The notes beneath the pieces were generated by a model. That model was given only the letters and a program-made list of their open reading frames with translations, was not told the origin of the DNA and made no database searches. The position numbers and the translations under genes are program-made. From the IMG/VR virus record IMGVR_UViG_3300006467_000276: a stretch of DNA of 64,000 nt; one strand, written 5' to 3'. Of the stretch, positions 9,465 to 18,376 are shown piece after piece. This DNA is from an uncultured virus (IMG/VR IMGVR_UViG_3300006467_000276). Its lineage: Duplodnaviria > Heunggongvirae > Uroviricota > Caudoviricetes. Each line of letters begins with the position of its first letter. Positions within the stretch are counted from its first letter, which is position 1.

Positions 9465-10040
9465 CTAATCAGAAATCTCAGAAGAAGACCGAAACAAACC
9501 AGGCTCAGATTGGAGTAAAACGGCCCAAATTCTATCCCCTGGGGCGATGACGTCTTTTTCATCAAAGAACTCAAGAACTGCCTTCTTCACCCCACGATAG
9601 GTTCCACCGTAGTCATGTCCGCAGATCAATTTTGTCGTCAGCGGCATCCATAAACTGATGTCCTGCTTGACAGATTCATAGGTGTGGTTTGCATCGATGA
9701 AGACAAAGTCGAACGGCCGCCATTGCAGCTTCGCTGCCTGTTCTGATTCCATCTGATAGACTCGCAGACGAGGCAGATAGGTCCCAAGTCTACTTAGACA
9801 CTCGTCGTATACACTGGACCACTCCGAATCCACTAATCTACCAGTTCGTTGGTGCCTCTTGGCATACGATGACGATTCGTCCCATTCCTTCCATGGATCA
9901 ATCAAAGCCATCTGTAGCTCAGAAAAAGATTCAAGGAGATAGGCAGAAGTCTCTCCTTTCCAGACACCAATCTCAGCGCCTGTACTTGGTTCACCTATCA
10001 GATTACGAATCAACTTTTCAAGGGTCTGCGGTACAGCCAT
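9465..10040 (-). CDS. Class I SAM-dependent methyltransferase (Methyltransf_24-like)
   Basis: GAEIGVWKGETS, IDPW, FDFVFIDANHTYE, GHDY. Confidence 0.85.
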   Translation of the reverse strand: MAVPQTLEKLIRNLIGEPSTGAEIGVWKGETSAYLLESFSELQMALIDPWKEWDESSSYAKRHQRTGRLVDSEWSSVYDECLSRLGTYLPRLRVYQMESEQAAKLQWRPFDFVFIDANHTYESVKQDISLWMPLTTKLICGHDYGGTYRGVKKAVLEFFDEKDVIAPGDRIWAVLLQSEPGLFRSSSEISD

Positions 10041-10055
10041 TACCGGTCTTTCGAC

Positions 10056-10793
10056 TCAACGCCAAGTATCATTTTCTTCTTCGTAGATTCTAGAAACCAC
10101 AGAAGCATCTTCTGGCGTGTTTACTGATGGCGGTGGAAATTCGTCTTTGGACTGAATAGCTTCAATCGTCCAGCCTTTTTCAATCCAGGCAAGCTGCTCA
10201 AGGTCCTCATGCTGGGCCCAAGGGCAGTCGTCTATTTCCCCGAGATTAGGTATGCATCGAGAAAATCGATATATTCCGATGTGAGCAAGAGGCTGCGGAG
10301 CATCATTAGCTGGTGGTATCCTAGAAAACCATCGGCAATAGCCTCTAGAAACCCTAACCGTGACCAATGATGCAGGATTGAATATAGATGGTCTATCTGC
10401 CACCAAAGTCGAAATCACATGAGAATTCGACTCCATCATTCTTTGCACATCAAACGCATTGATCAACGGTTCATCGACTTGCCAATTGATGACAACGTCA
10501 GGAGCTACTCCGGATGGACCGGCATGTAACTTAGCAGCGGCTGCCATCACTCGAGACGTGCCATTTGCGTGCTGCTGAGTATCATCAAAGAATACTGGTA
10601 TGCCATTTCTTCGGCAGTACTCTTCGATCTCCTTATCAGGAGTTACCACATGAATGGAGTCTGCTCCACAGAGCAGAGCCGTGTCGTAGGTCCTTCGAAG
10701 AAGAGGCTTGCCAGCAATATCGACCAACGGCTTACCGGGAAATCGTTTAGAGTCCATCCTTGCTGGAATGTAGATGCGTCTGGCTGCTGGCAT
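10056..10793 (-). CDS. kdsB: KdsB-like 3-deoxy-manno-octulosonate (ulosonate) cytidylyltransferase
   Basis: IPARMDSKRFPGKPL, NGTSR, VINWQVDEP, HIGIY, LEQL, SVNTPED. Confidence 0.8.
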   Translation of the reverse strand: MPAARRIYIPARMDSKRFPGKPLVDIAGKPLLRRTYDTALLCGADSIHVVTPDKEIEEYCRRNGIPVFFDDTQQHANGTSRVMAAAAKLHAGPSGVAPDVVINWQVDEPLINAFDVQRMMESNSHVISTLVADRPSIFNPASLVTVRVSRGYCRWFSRIPPANDAPQPLAHIGIYRFSRCIPNLGEIDDCPWAQHEDLEQLAWIEKGWTIEAIQSKDEFPPPSVNTPEDASVVSRIYEEENDTWR

Positions 10794-10802
10794 TTTCGGC
10801 CT

Positions 10803-11357
10803 CTAGTAGAAATACTCGTACCTTTCACAAAAGGCTAATTCTGATTGAATTACAGCCTTCCGGAGTTCTTTTGGTACGTCTGCACGTACCTTTGGATTGA
10901 GTCGATTTTTCGGTTCATTGAGATTTGGTATTGCTTTGAGGGTTTTTTCTGAATACCCCATCGACACCAAAAACTCGATCGCCGCCCAAGGCACATCTTC
11001 GAGCCGAATCACTGAATCAGCTCGGTACGCAGCAAAAGCCGTCTCAATAATGCCTGGTGATTTTGAGAGCTTCTCCAAGAAAATCTGAATGTCACTGGAC
11101 TCCCGAGCCACAGCACTGACAGCATCGACTTCCGGAACTGCAATCATTCCCCCACGAAGTGCAAAATACATAGATACCGCCCAATCAACTGGATGCCGCA
11201 CGATAGACAGCACCCAGCCGTTCTTCCAAGTCGGCGGTGGAGGTAGATGTTTGGCGGGATTACCGGCTCCAATCTGAGCCTGGGCACAAAGATTGATGAA
11301 CCAAGATGTTCCGGTTCGAGGAGGAGATGCGAACTGGAATTTTTCGTAATTGATCAT
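10803..11357 (-). CDS. Sulfotransferase-like protein
   Basis: 5'-PSB-like PPRTGTSW, 3'-PB-like VRHPVDWAVSMY, IRLED. Start moved to MINYE. Confidence 0.65.
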   Translation of the reverse strand: MINYEKFQFASPPRTGTSWFINLCAQAQIGAGNPAKHLPPPPTWKNGWVLSIVRHPVDWAVSMYFALRGGMIAVPEVDAVSAVARESSDIQIFLEKLSKSPGIIETAFAAYRADSVIRLEDVPWAAIEFLVSMGYSEKTLKAIPNLNEPKNRLNPKVRADVPKELRKAVIQSELAFCERYEYFY

Positions 11358-12058
11358 TCTGACTCGATCTCCTCGGTGGTAAGTTTTTCGTAGCAGTTGC
11401 AGTATCGATGCCGCCAAACTTCTTTGACTTCATGTCCTCTTTGTGACAAGAAAATCTCAAGTCCGTCGTAGACGTGATTTTTCTTTGGGTGTGCATTTCG
11501 GACATCGTCAAAGACAATCCAACCGCCTGACCGCACCAACTGTAGAGCTAGTCGTGCATCAGCCAAGACAGCTAAGTCTGTGTGATCACCATCAACAATA
11601 ACCAAATCCCACTGCCCAGGTTCAATCAACTTCCCTTTGACTCTTTCCGTCTGCTCGAGAGACTGCTTCAAAACTTCAGCACTGTAACCTTTAACGAGCT
11701 CAACTTTCTTTCCGTAGGAAGCCAGATTGGCTCGAGCCCTTTCTTCGACAGCAGCCATCTTTTCATCGTCAAGTTTTCTTGTAGCCGCCCACGGATCAAC
11801 AGCCAGCACACGACTTCTGGCATGCCCTAAGAAATTCTGAAGACACCACAGCAGATCCATGCCTTCGAACACCCCAATCTGAATCATGTTGACTGGTTCT
11901 TTGCTGCTGAACTTGTCCAGCAAGAAAGTCGACCAAGTCTTCTGGTTGCGGTGCTCGAACCATCTCCGAGTAAACTTGCAACCTGTCTTATTGACAGGAA
12001 TGTTCTTTTCGTGCGGAAGTGCATCAAATGCAGGATTCTTTGTGGCACGCTCACCCAT
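11354..12058 (-). CDS. Class I SAM-dependent methyltransferase (Methyltransf_24-like)
   Basis: QIGVFEG, VDPW, DLVIVDGDH, GGWIVFDD. Confidence 0.85.
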   Translation of the reverse strand: MGERATKNPAFDALPHEKNIPVNKTGCKFTRRWFEHRNQKTWSTFLLDKFSSKEPVNMIQIGVFEGMDLLWCLQNFLGHARSRVLAVDPWAATRKLDDEKMAAVEERARANLASYGKKVELVKGYSAEVLKQSLEQTERVKGKLIEPGQWDLVIVDGDHTDLAVLADARLALQLVRSGGWIVFDDVRNAHPKKNHVYDGLEIFLSQRGHEVKEVWRHRYCNCYEKLTTEEIESE

Positions 12059-12956
12059 TGGTCATCGCCTCTTCTAATTTTGGAATCCACTTGTTTCGGC
12101 AAGAATCTTTCCAGTTATTGATGTAGCCGATGTTCCATTTCAGGCATTGCTGATAAACCGGCCACCACAGATCTACTCCTCTTGGACTCTTGTTCGGCCG
12201 AACATTCGAATCGCCGTGGAAATGCCAGACATGGACTTGATTCGGATGAAGCTGAGAGTGTCTCGGGGATGAGTTGTGTGTGCCTTCTGCTACGATGCCG
12301 AATTTTGTCTGGAAACTCTCAGCCATGACAGCGTGGAGTACCGTCTCGTCGGCAATAAAGAGATCCCGGCAATCACACGTCCACTCATACCACTTAGCAA
12401 GAAGCTCGGTCCGAGGATAACACGAAAACACACCACCATTGACAGAAGGCATTGGGTTATTCAGCAGCAATTCTACTGCTTTTTGGTTAACCGATTGCCG
12501 ACCTTCAAGTCTCTGGATACGCTTTTTCACGACTCCTGAATTGGTGCGCCAATTGTTGAACTGTGTCCCTGCGAATTCTTCGATACCATCTTCGATTAAC
12601 GGAATAACCAAATCAGACAAGCTACCTGTGACCATGGTGTCTGCATCAAGGTAGATCGCAGCAGTATCTGGAACTCCCTGCATCATTCGGATTTTATCAG
12701 CGAACTGCGAGTTGCCGCCCATTCCATCTTTTCGTCGTAGCTCAGGTTCTCGACGATGTACTTTGGTTATGCTCAATCGTTTGTCTTCGGCAATCTTATC
12801 AACGATGTCGATAGACTCATCCCAAGCATGAAGCCGAATCGGACCATCCCACCATCTCCGAAGAGTGAACAAACTCACAACCAAATACGGCAGATGAGCA
12901 GGCCCGCTCATGAGATAATTGACCGAGACTGTCGGTTTGTCTTCTACCATCACCAC
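12051..12956 (-). CDS. GT-A fold glycosyltransferase (GT8-like)
   Basis: IYLDADT, NGGVF, ADETVLH, HFHG. Confidence 0.7.
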   Translation of the reverse strand: MVMVEDKPTVSVNYLMSGPAHLPYLVVSLFTLRRWWDGPIRLHAWDESIDIVDKIAEDKRLSITKVHRREPELRRKDGMGGNSQFADKIRMMQGVPDTAAIYLDADTMVTGSLSDLVIPLIEDGIEEFAGTQFNNWRTNSGVVKKRIQRLEGRQSVNQKAVELLLNNPMPSVNGGVFSCYPRTELLAKWYEWTCDCRDLFIADETVLHAVMAESFQTKFGIVAEGTHNSSPRHSQLHPNQVHVWHFHGDSNVRPNKSPRGVDLWWPVYQQCLKWNIGYINNWKDSCRNKWIPKLEEAMTNG

Positions 12957-13627
12957 ATTCGAATCCTTGGATTGAAGTTCCTATCATTCCTCACATAGAT
13001 CGCATCGTATTGAGCACGGTTAATTCTGGTGGTGTGTACCCACCGCCTGTGGTACCCAAAATCCCGCATCCAGGTATGGATCTGGACTGGTTCGGCCCAG
13101 CCGTCTGCTGGTGGGATCCCAGTCATCTCAACATTGATAACCGGTATCTTTTTCTCAAATCCTTCCCCGATGAGTCCTTGTAGAATTCTATGCTCAGACC
13201 CCTCGCAATCAAGCCAAAGAAGACATTCTTCTAAGCCCTGTGCTTTTTCGAATCTTCGAAAGAAAGAATTCAGAGTGGCTACGTCGACTGTAGCTGAAGC
13301 CGACGGCCCTTCTGCAAGACCAGCCAAGCTACCACCGTCTTTGTGCTGAGGCCGAAACCGCAGAGTCGCTAAACCCTCGAAGGCTCCAAGAGCTGAGTTT
13401 ATCAACATCCCAGGAAAAGTTGATTCCCGTCTCACCCATGATTGGTACGTTAGAGGATTCGGCTCAAAACCGTAAATCTCACAATCATCCCATGCCTGCC
13501 GCATCAGCTCTACTTCTGTTCCGCGGACACCGACACCTGCGATGATTACTGTTTTCGGTTGCCATTCAATCTTTTCGCAGAACTGAATAACAGCATTTCC
13601 AGATCGATTTTTACCCATTGCGTCCAC
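12950..13627 (-). CDS. FkbM-family methyltransferase
   Basis: IYGFEPNP, NSALG, LLWLDCEGSE. Confidence 0.8.
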   Translation of the reverse strand: MDAMGKNRSGNAVIQFCEKIEWQPKTVIIAGVGVRGTEVELMRQAWDDCEIYGFEPNPLTYQSWVRRESTFPGMLINSALGAFEGLATLRFRPQHKDGGSLAGLAEGPSASATVDVATLNSFFRRFEKAQGLEECLLWLDCEGSEHRILQGLIGEGFEKKIPVINVEMTGIPPADGWAEPVQIHTWMRDFGYHRRWVHTTRINRAQYDAIYVRNDRNFNPRIRMW

Positions 13628-13640
13628 TACTGCTAATAAC

Positions 13641-14435
13641 TTAAATCTCTTCGATTGCCCGCTTCATTCCAGACAGATTCGACTTATGGTGCCAGCCACG
13701 AGACTTCATATTGACTCGAAGAACAGGCAGTCCACATCGTGTTGCATAGTACCACAGATATCCGTCCTGAGAAGGTACTGGGATTTGACGATACCCTTCG
13801 GTAATGTCAGCCGAAGAAGCAGCACGCCGAGTGAAATTTGTATCGAAAAAGCCGCACCAAGAAATGATACGGCGGTGCTTCACCATTCCAGATGATTCTG
13901 ATTTTGGAACCAAGTTGAGTCTCGGCTCTACAAAATCATCAGACAGAACTTGATGATGCCTGACCGACCACTCATCAAGTAGAAGCATCTGGTTCGCTGG
14001 CTTTGTGTATCCCCATGGATGGGCGATTATCGCAGGACTGTTCTCGAACCATTTTGGATCAACCCAGTCATCCATCCCATCTGCAATCGTATCAAGATCG
14101 AGCTTCAACCAATATGGAGTCGATACATAAGCCGCAGGCACATGAACAAATCCAGCGAGCATCTTGTGCCGCTGAGGATCATGCCATCGGGATCCGACTT
14201 CCCCTTGGTACTGAGTTCCATGGCCCCACGGTATCAAGGTGAAGAAAGGGTGTTCTTCGACGATCTTCAGGATATCTCGACGAAGAGCCAAATCAACAGG
14301 TTCTCCAGCGTCGTAGAAAATCACCAATCGATTTTTCAAAATCGACGGTTTTTGCTCACACCAATTAGGCCAAGCCAGCTTGAGTTGGCATAGATGCTTT
14401 CTATCGACACCAAGAACAGTTGTGTACTCAATCAT
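13641..14435 (-). CDS. Putative glycosyltransferase (DxD)
   Basis: YWLKLDLDT and SQDGYL motifs; lies in the glycan cluster. Confidence 0.5.
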   Translation of the reverse strand: MIEYTTVLGVDRKHLCQLKLAWPNWCEQKPSILKNRLVIFYDAGEPVDLALRRDILKIVEEHPFFTLIPWGHGTQYQGEVGSRWHDPQRHKMLAGFVHVPAAYVSTPYWLKLDLDTIADGMDDWVDPKWFENSPAIIAHPWGYTKPANQMLLLDEWSVRHHQVLSDDFVEPRLNLVPKSESSGMVKHRRIISWCGFFDTNFTRRAASSADITEGYRQIPVPSQDGYLWYYATRCGLPVLRVNMKSRGWHHKSNLSGMKRAIEEI

Positions 14436-14913
14436 CTTTGATTGGTGTCCTGAAAGAACCATCAGCCAAAACAACACAAGGCCGCTCTACGAGAGTCCGA
14501 AATCTTTCTGATTTCGAATCCAGCTTCACGCCTGTAGTCATCCTCACAATATCAGTCACATCTACGCCTCCTCCATCTGGTAGATAGATTTCTTTTGCGT
14601 AGGATTCTCCTCGTAAGCACTGAAATTGATGAGGGATGTTTGCTCGAATTAGCAGTGAGTCGCCTTTTCGGAGGTCTCGATGGAACAATTCCCAACCGAT
14701 AGCCCACACAACCCGAAGCACACCAGAAGTGACTTCGAATCGATTACTTCGGTTTGCATGATAATTGAACGAGCAACATCCACCTTCTTGAATGACTAAG
14801 GAATACTTGATTCCTGCTCTCTCTTCGGAATCCTTAAGAGCAGAAACAGGCTGCCGGCACGTTCTTCCCCAGATTTTTTCTTCCCAGTCGTAGGCTCGAG
14901 TAATGTCAGTCAT
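14428..14913 (-). CDS. Cupin-fold protein (sugar isomerase-like)
   Basis: EKIWG, CSFNYH, FEVTSG, GDSLLI..PHQF. Confidence 0.65.
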   Translation of the reverse strand: MTDITRAYDWEEKIWGRTCRQPVSALKDSEERAGIKYSLVIQEGGCCSFNYHANRSNRFEVTSGVLRVVWAIGWELFHRDLRKGDSLLIRANIPHQFQCLRGESYAKEIYLPDGGGVDVTDIVRMTTGVKLDSKSERFRTLVERPCVVLADGSFRTPIKDD

Positions 14914-15802
14914 CGCTGGAGTCTTTCTTGTCTGTAGAATTATACCACCCGGTCAAATCAAACGGCAGCGGCGGCATCATTCTGAGTGCGTACGTCAAGG
15001 CATCTTGAAACGGAATAAATGGAAAGGCTCTCAATCCAGAATATTCATAACAATTGAACACTCTCAATCCGGCCCGAGAAAACACACCGTCGCCCTGCAT
15101 GGAACTCAACCAAGAGTTGACAATTCGGTACTGCGAGTTATTCGATGAAATCGCTGCTGCATCTCTTTTTTCCTCAAACGCATAGTTTCCAATCTCAGGC
15201 AAAGCCGAGTCCATGTGGAAATCTACACCAATCAAGAAAATAGTCCGAGCGCCTAGATAGTAGAGCAATCGAAGTGCCAAGAGCATAGTACACACAGTTT
15301 TTGGTTCGCCTGTTCTCATCACGCCTGCATTAAGATTGCCCCACGCAGCTCCTTCATCTGAAAAAAACGTGTCGTCTGGACGCATCCAGTTTCTACGCTC
15401 AAAGCCCCAGACGTTAGGCATGTCTGTGATGAATTGGAGTGCCGCAGCTTCATCCGTTAAATCAGAAAAAGATCCATCTTTTTTCTGTCTCAACCTACCT
15501 CGAGATTTCGTCATCTTCACGATCGGAAGAAATTTCAAAATACCAGGATCCAGCCAAATCCCAGAATGAAACTTGCGAGGAGGGTCTGCGCACACAAACG
15601 CAGATGGTCGATGTGAACGATGCCCAGCCATGTTGTTCACTGCCATTGAAAATACCCCTCGAGAATTCAACTTCTCGAGGGGTAGCTGATTACTAGACGG
15701 GCCTCCGCAAACCAAAAACGCACATCCGCCTGATAAGAGATTACGCAGAGCGTGTGTCGGGTTCTTCTGGCGGTCTACGATGATTAGCGGATCCTCGGAC
15801 AC
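14906..15802 (-). CDS. Maf/DUF115-like protein (putative CMP-sugar-dependent glycosyltransferase)
   Basis: AFLVCGGPS, AVNN, ADPP, LYYLGARTIFLIGVDF, VFNC. Confidence 0.6.
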   Translation of the reverse strand: MSEDPLIIVDRQKNPTHALRNLLSGGCAFLVCGGPSSNQLPLEKLNSRGVFSMAVNNMAGHRSHRPSAFVCADPPRKFHSGIWLDPGILKFLPIVKMTKSRGRLRQKKDGSFSDLTDEAAALQFITDMPNVWGFERRNWMRPDDTFFSDEGAAWGNLNAGVMRTGEPKTVCTMLLALRLLYYLGARTIFLIGVDFHMDSALPEIGNYAFEEKRDAAAISSNNSQYRIVNSWLSSMQGDGVFSRAGLRVFNCYEYSGLRAFPFIPFQDALTYALRMMPPLPFDLTGWYNSTDKKDSSDD

Positions 15803-15805
15803 AAT

Positions 15806-17179
15806 CTACACCTTTGACCTCTGAAGCCGATGGGAAACCACATCCATCCACGGCGACGTTTCTCCATAGAATGGAATTGGCTGTCCTGATATTGTGTAGA
15901 CTACTCCAGATCTATCAAGTGCAGTTACCAGAACTAGCTGATCTCTCTGCACTCCTTTCGAAAATAAATCCCACCAGATACGATTGAATGCCTCTGTCCC
16001 ACTCGAAGGTCTCCGATAAATGAATCCTCCCCACGCAACAGGATTGTCCAAGCTCTCTTGGACTACTGAAAGATTTCCTACAGACGAATCAGCGAAACCG
16101 ATACGAACCACAGTTTCTAGCTCATCTCTCACAGTCCTGCTTCGATTGTGCTTCAGTAGTATGATTTCAGGTGAGCCTTGCGATTGATACAATATCTGCC
16201 GAAGGAGATCGACTGGATTCTTTTTCAGACGAACATTTCCGTCAACGTACAGAGTAGGGCGATTGGGAAACAATTCATGGGACATCATTTTCCAGTACCG
16301 ACTCGCTTGTTTCGGTGTGGACGCCTGCTCTGATACAGGGACTACTCGAAGTTCCCAGCCTCTAGGGACTTTCAGATTAGGATTGTCGGTGACCACCACG
16401 CACCTCACTCCTGGCACCGCTGTGTTGATTTTATCATAGCCACCAAAAGAGCAGGTATAGATTACGATGTTGCTGACAGGCGAATCATCGACAAACCGAT
16501 GATACAAAGACCAATCTTCTCCGAGCCATTCTTTGAATTTTGATAGATTAGAATCATCCCGAGAACGACGATTCGGCTTATGTGTGATTCCGGCTCGACC
16601 AGGAAGTTCCTTCACACCTACACAAGAAGCTCTGCCTCTGGTAGTTGAGTCCCGGAGATTCCGTGCTCCACGAAATCGCTTCCAAAAAGCCATGTCAACT
16701 TTCCAGTCGCCTCGAGGAAGACTACTCAAAGTGCCTTCAAAAGCCTTGAGAGCTTTTCGGGTAAATCCAGTTCGACATAGACTGGCGTGCTGGTGGTCCG
16801 ACCAAAAGTACCACCTCCGGCTCTGAATGTGGTAGTATTTGGCTCCTCGTTCTCCGCACAAATCAGCTTTCTGGAGATTCTGGAGCATAGTTTCGAGGTA
16901 TGTTCGGCAGTAGTAATCGTCATCCTCGATAATGACGATCCGGTCTCCTTTGATTCTTGGTAAAGCAACCGCCAGATTGGTGGCTAAGGTGTGCGAAGGA
17001 TCACTCCGATGCGGAGTGCGTCGAATGTAATCTTGACCTAAGACGGGTACTGTGGGGGTTTTCCCATCATCCACCACAATCCACTGGCGATCTTCCTTGC
17101 AGGTCTGCCGAGACATCAGATACTCGCAAAGCGCAAACGCTTCCGGTCGATCTCCCGTCGGTGTAATCAAAGTCAACAC
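15806..17179 (-). CDS. Two-domain glycosyltransferase (GT2-like N-terminus plus DUF616-like C-terminus)
   Basis: LITPTGDR, WIVVDDG, IIEDDDYY; then IYTCSFGGYD, SRYWK, LYVDGN, RDQL. Confidence 0.8.
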   Translation of the reverse strand: MLTLITPTGDRPEAFALCEYLMSRQTCKEDRQWIVVDDGKTPTVPVLGQDYIRRTPHRSDPSHTLATNLAVALPRIKGDRIVIIEDDDYYCRTYLETMLQNLQKADLCGERGAKYYHIQSRRWYFWSDHQHASLCRTGFTRKALKAFEGTLSSLPRGDWKVDMAFWKRFRGARNLRDSTTRGRASCVGVKELPGRAGITHKPNRRSRDDSNLSKFKEWLGEDWSLYHRFVDDSPVSNIVIYTCSFGGYDKINTAVPGVRCVVVTDNPNLKVPRGWELRVVPVSEQASTPKQASRYWKMMSHELFPNRPTLYVDGNVRLKKNPVDLLRQILYQSQGSPEIILLKHNRSRTVRDELETVVRIGFADSSVGNLSVVQESLDNPVAWGGFIYRRPSSGTEAFNRIWWDLFSKGVQRDQLVLVTALDRSGVVYTISGQPIPFYGETSPWMDVVSHRLQRSKV

Positions 17180-17183
17180 TGAA

Positions 17184-17777
17184 TCACCTCACAGCCCAAA
17201 CTCGAAGCTGCTGAAGCCCTTTAATTTCATAGCACTTTGATCGAAGCAGCTTCAGACATTCTGACGATTCCTTTCTGGCTGATTTTGTATGTCCTGGATG
17301 CTGCCAGTACTCGTCTGAATGAGGCAACGGGTAGCTTGAGGTGACTAAGAATTCCACATGCTGAAGAGCATCAGTGATCACCGCCAAAGGCGATTCTAGA
17401 TGTTCAAGAACTTCACCGAATACCACTGCATCAAATTCTCTGAAATGAGGTTGAGTTGTGCTGTATTCGGCTTTCCGGCCCATACCTTCCATCCTCCAAC
17501 GGACAAATCGAATCATCTCTGGGTTGTTGTCGAAGAACGTGACTTTGTGGCCGTACTTGAGAGCGATGTACCCATAGTCCCCGACTCCGCACCCAAAATC
17601 CATTACAGCCATCGAGTGTACAGGGAGCCTGCCAAAGGCACTCTTTGCTTGTGGATATCGTGTGTACCTCAGAAGCATTGAGTTCAAAGAAGATCGAGTC
17701 CGCTCATCGATATCTGGATGGCTTTGGCAGTAATTCTGCAGCAGCTCAGTTCGATTTTGTTTTTGTTTGGAATTCAT
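17184..17777 (-). CDS. Class I SAM-dependent methyltransferase
   Basis: VMDFGCGVG, FDAVVFGEVLEHL. Confidence 0.8.
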   Translation of the reverse strand: MNSKQKQNRTELLQNYCQSHPDIDERTRSSLNSMLLRYTRYPQAKSAFGRLPVHSMAVMDFGCGVGDYGYIALKYGHKVTFFDNNPEMIRFVRWRMEGMGRKAEYSTTQPHFREFDAVVFGEVLEHLESPLAVITDALQHVEFLVTSSYPLPHSDEYWQHPGHTKSARKESSECLKLLRSKCYEIKGLQQLRVWAVR

Positions 17778-17797
17778 ATTCGAGCCATTCTGAAGAA

Positions 17798-18376
17798 CTA
17801 CCGCACCAGATAACCGTACACCCGATTTTCGTACTCTGACCAAAGTGGATTATTCTGATATAGTTGTTTCAATTGGCCAGACGAGAACCAGCTTGAAATT
17901 CGATGTTGATACTGACGCTTTGGTTTTGTCTCGATTCCTTCAAACAACCGAGCAGCCTGCAGGGTTTGAACCAGAACGCCTTTTGCCTGATAGAATTCTA
18001 TCAAATCATCAAAAAGATTTTCGCACCGAATGAAGTAGGGAATGCGCTTTGATTCGGACACAAATTCTTTCAATACTTCATCTGGTCGAGTAAACTCGAC
18101 CATAGCAGCAACCATTTCACTCTTAGAATCAAATCGAGTCCTTTGCCATCCGAAATGATGAAACCAAGATAACACCATTGACGGCAGCCGACGAAAAGTG
18201 AGAACCAGATCATGGGCCTCCAGATCTACCACTTGGTGCGGCGGCAGGTGTTTGTCTGGGTTGGTGATTGCGTACCAGTGCACTCCTTTCGGTCGAAGAG
18301 CTTCTGTATACTGCTTCGCAGCATCTCCTCCAGTTTTACCGATATGGCCAATCACAAAATCAGGACCGATAATCAC
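17798..18376 (-). CDS. Sulfotransferase-like protein (Sulfotransfer_2-like)
   Basis: HIGKTGG, FRR...LSWF, FIRCENL. Confidence 0.6.
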   Translation of the reverse strand: MIIGPDFVIGHIGKTGGDAAKQYTEALRPKGVHWYAITNPDKHLPPHQVVDLEAHDLVLTFRRLPSMVLSWFHHFGWQRTRFDSKSEMVAAMVEFTRPDEVLKEFVSESKRIPYFIRCENLFDDLIEFYQAKGVLVQTLQAARLFEGIETKPKRQYQHRISSWFSSGQLKQLYQNNPLWSEYENRVYGYLVR

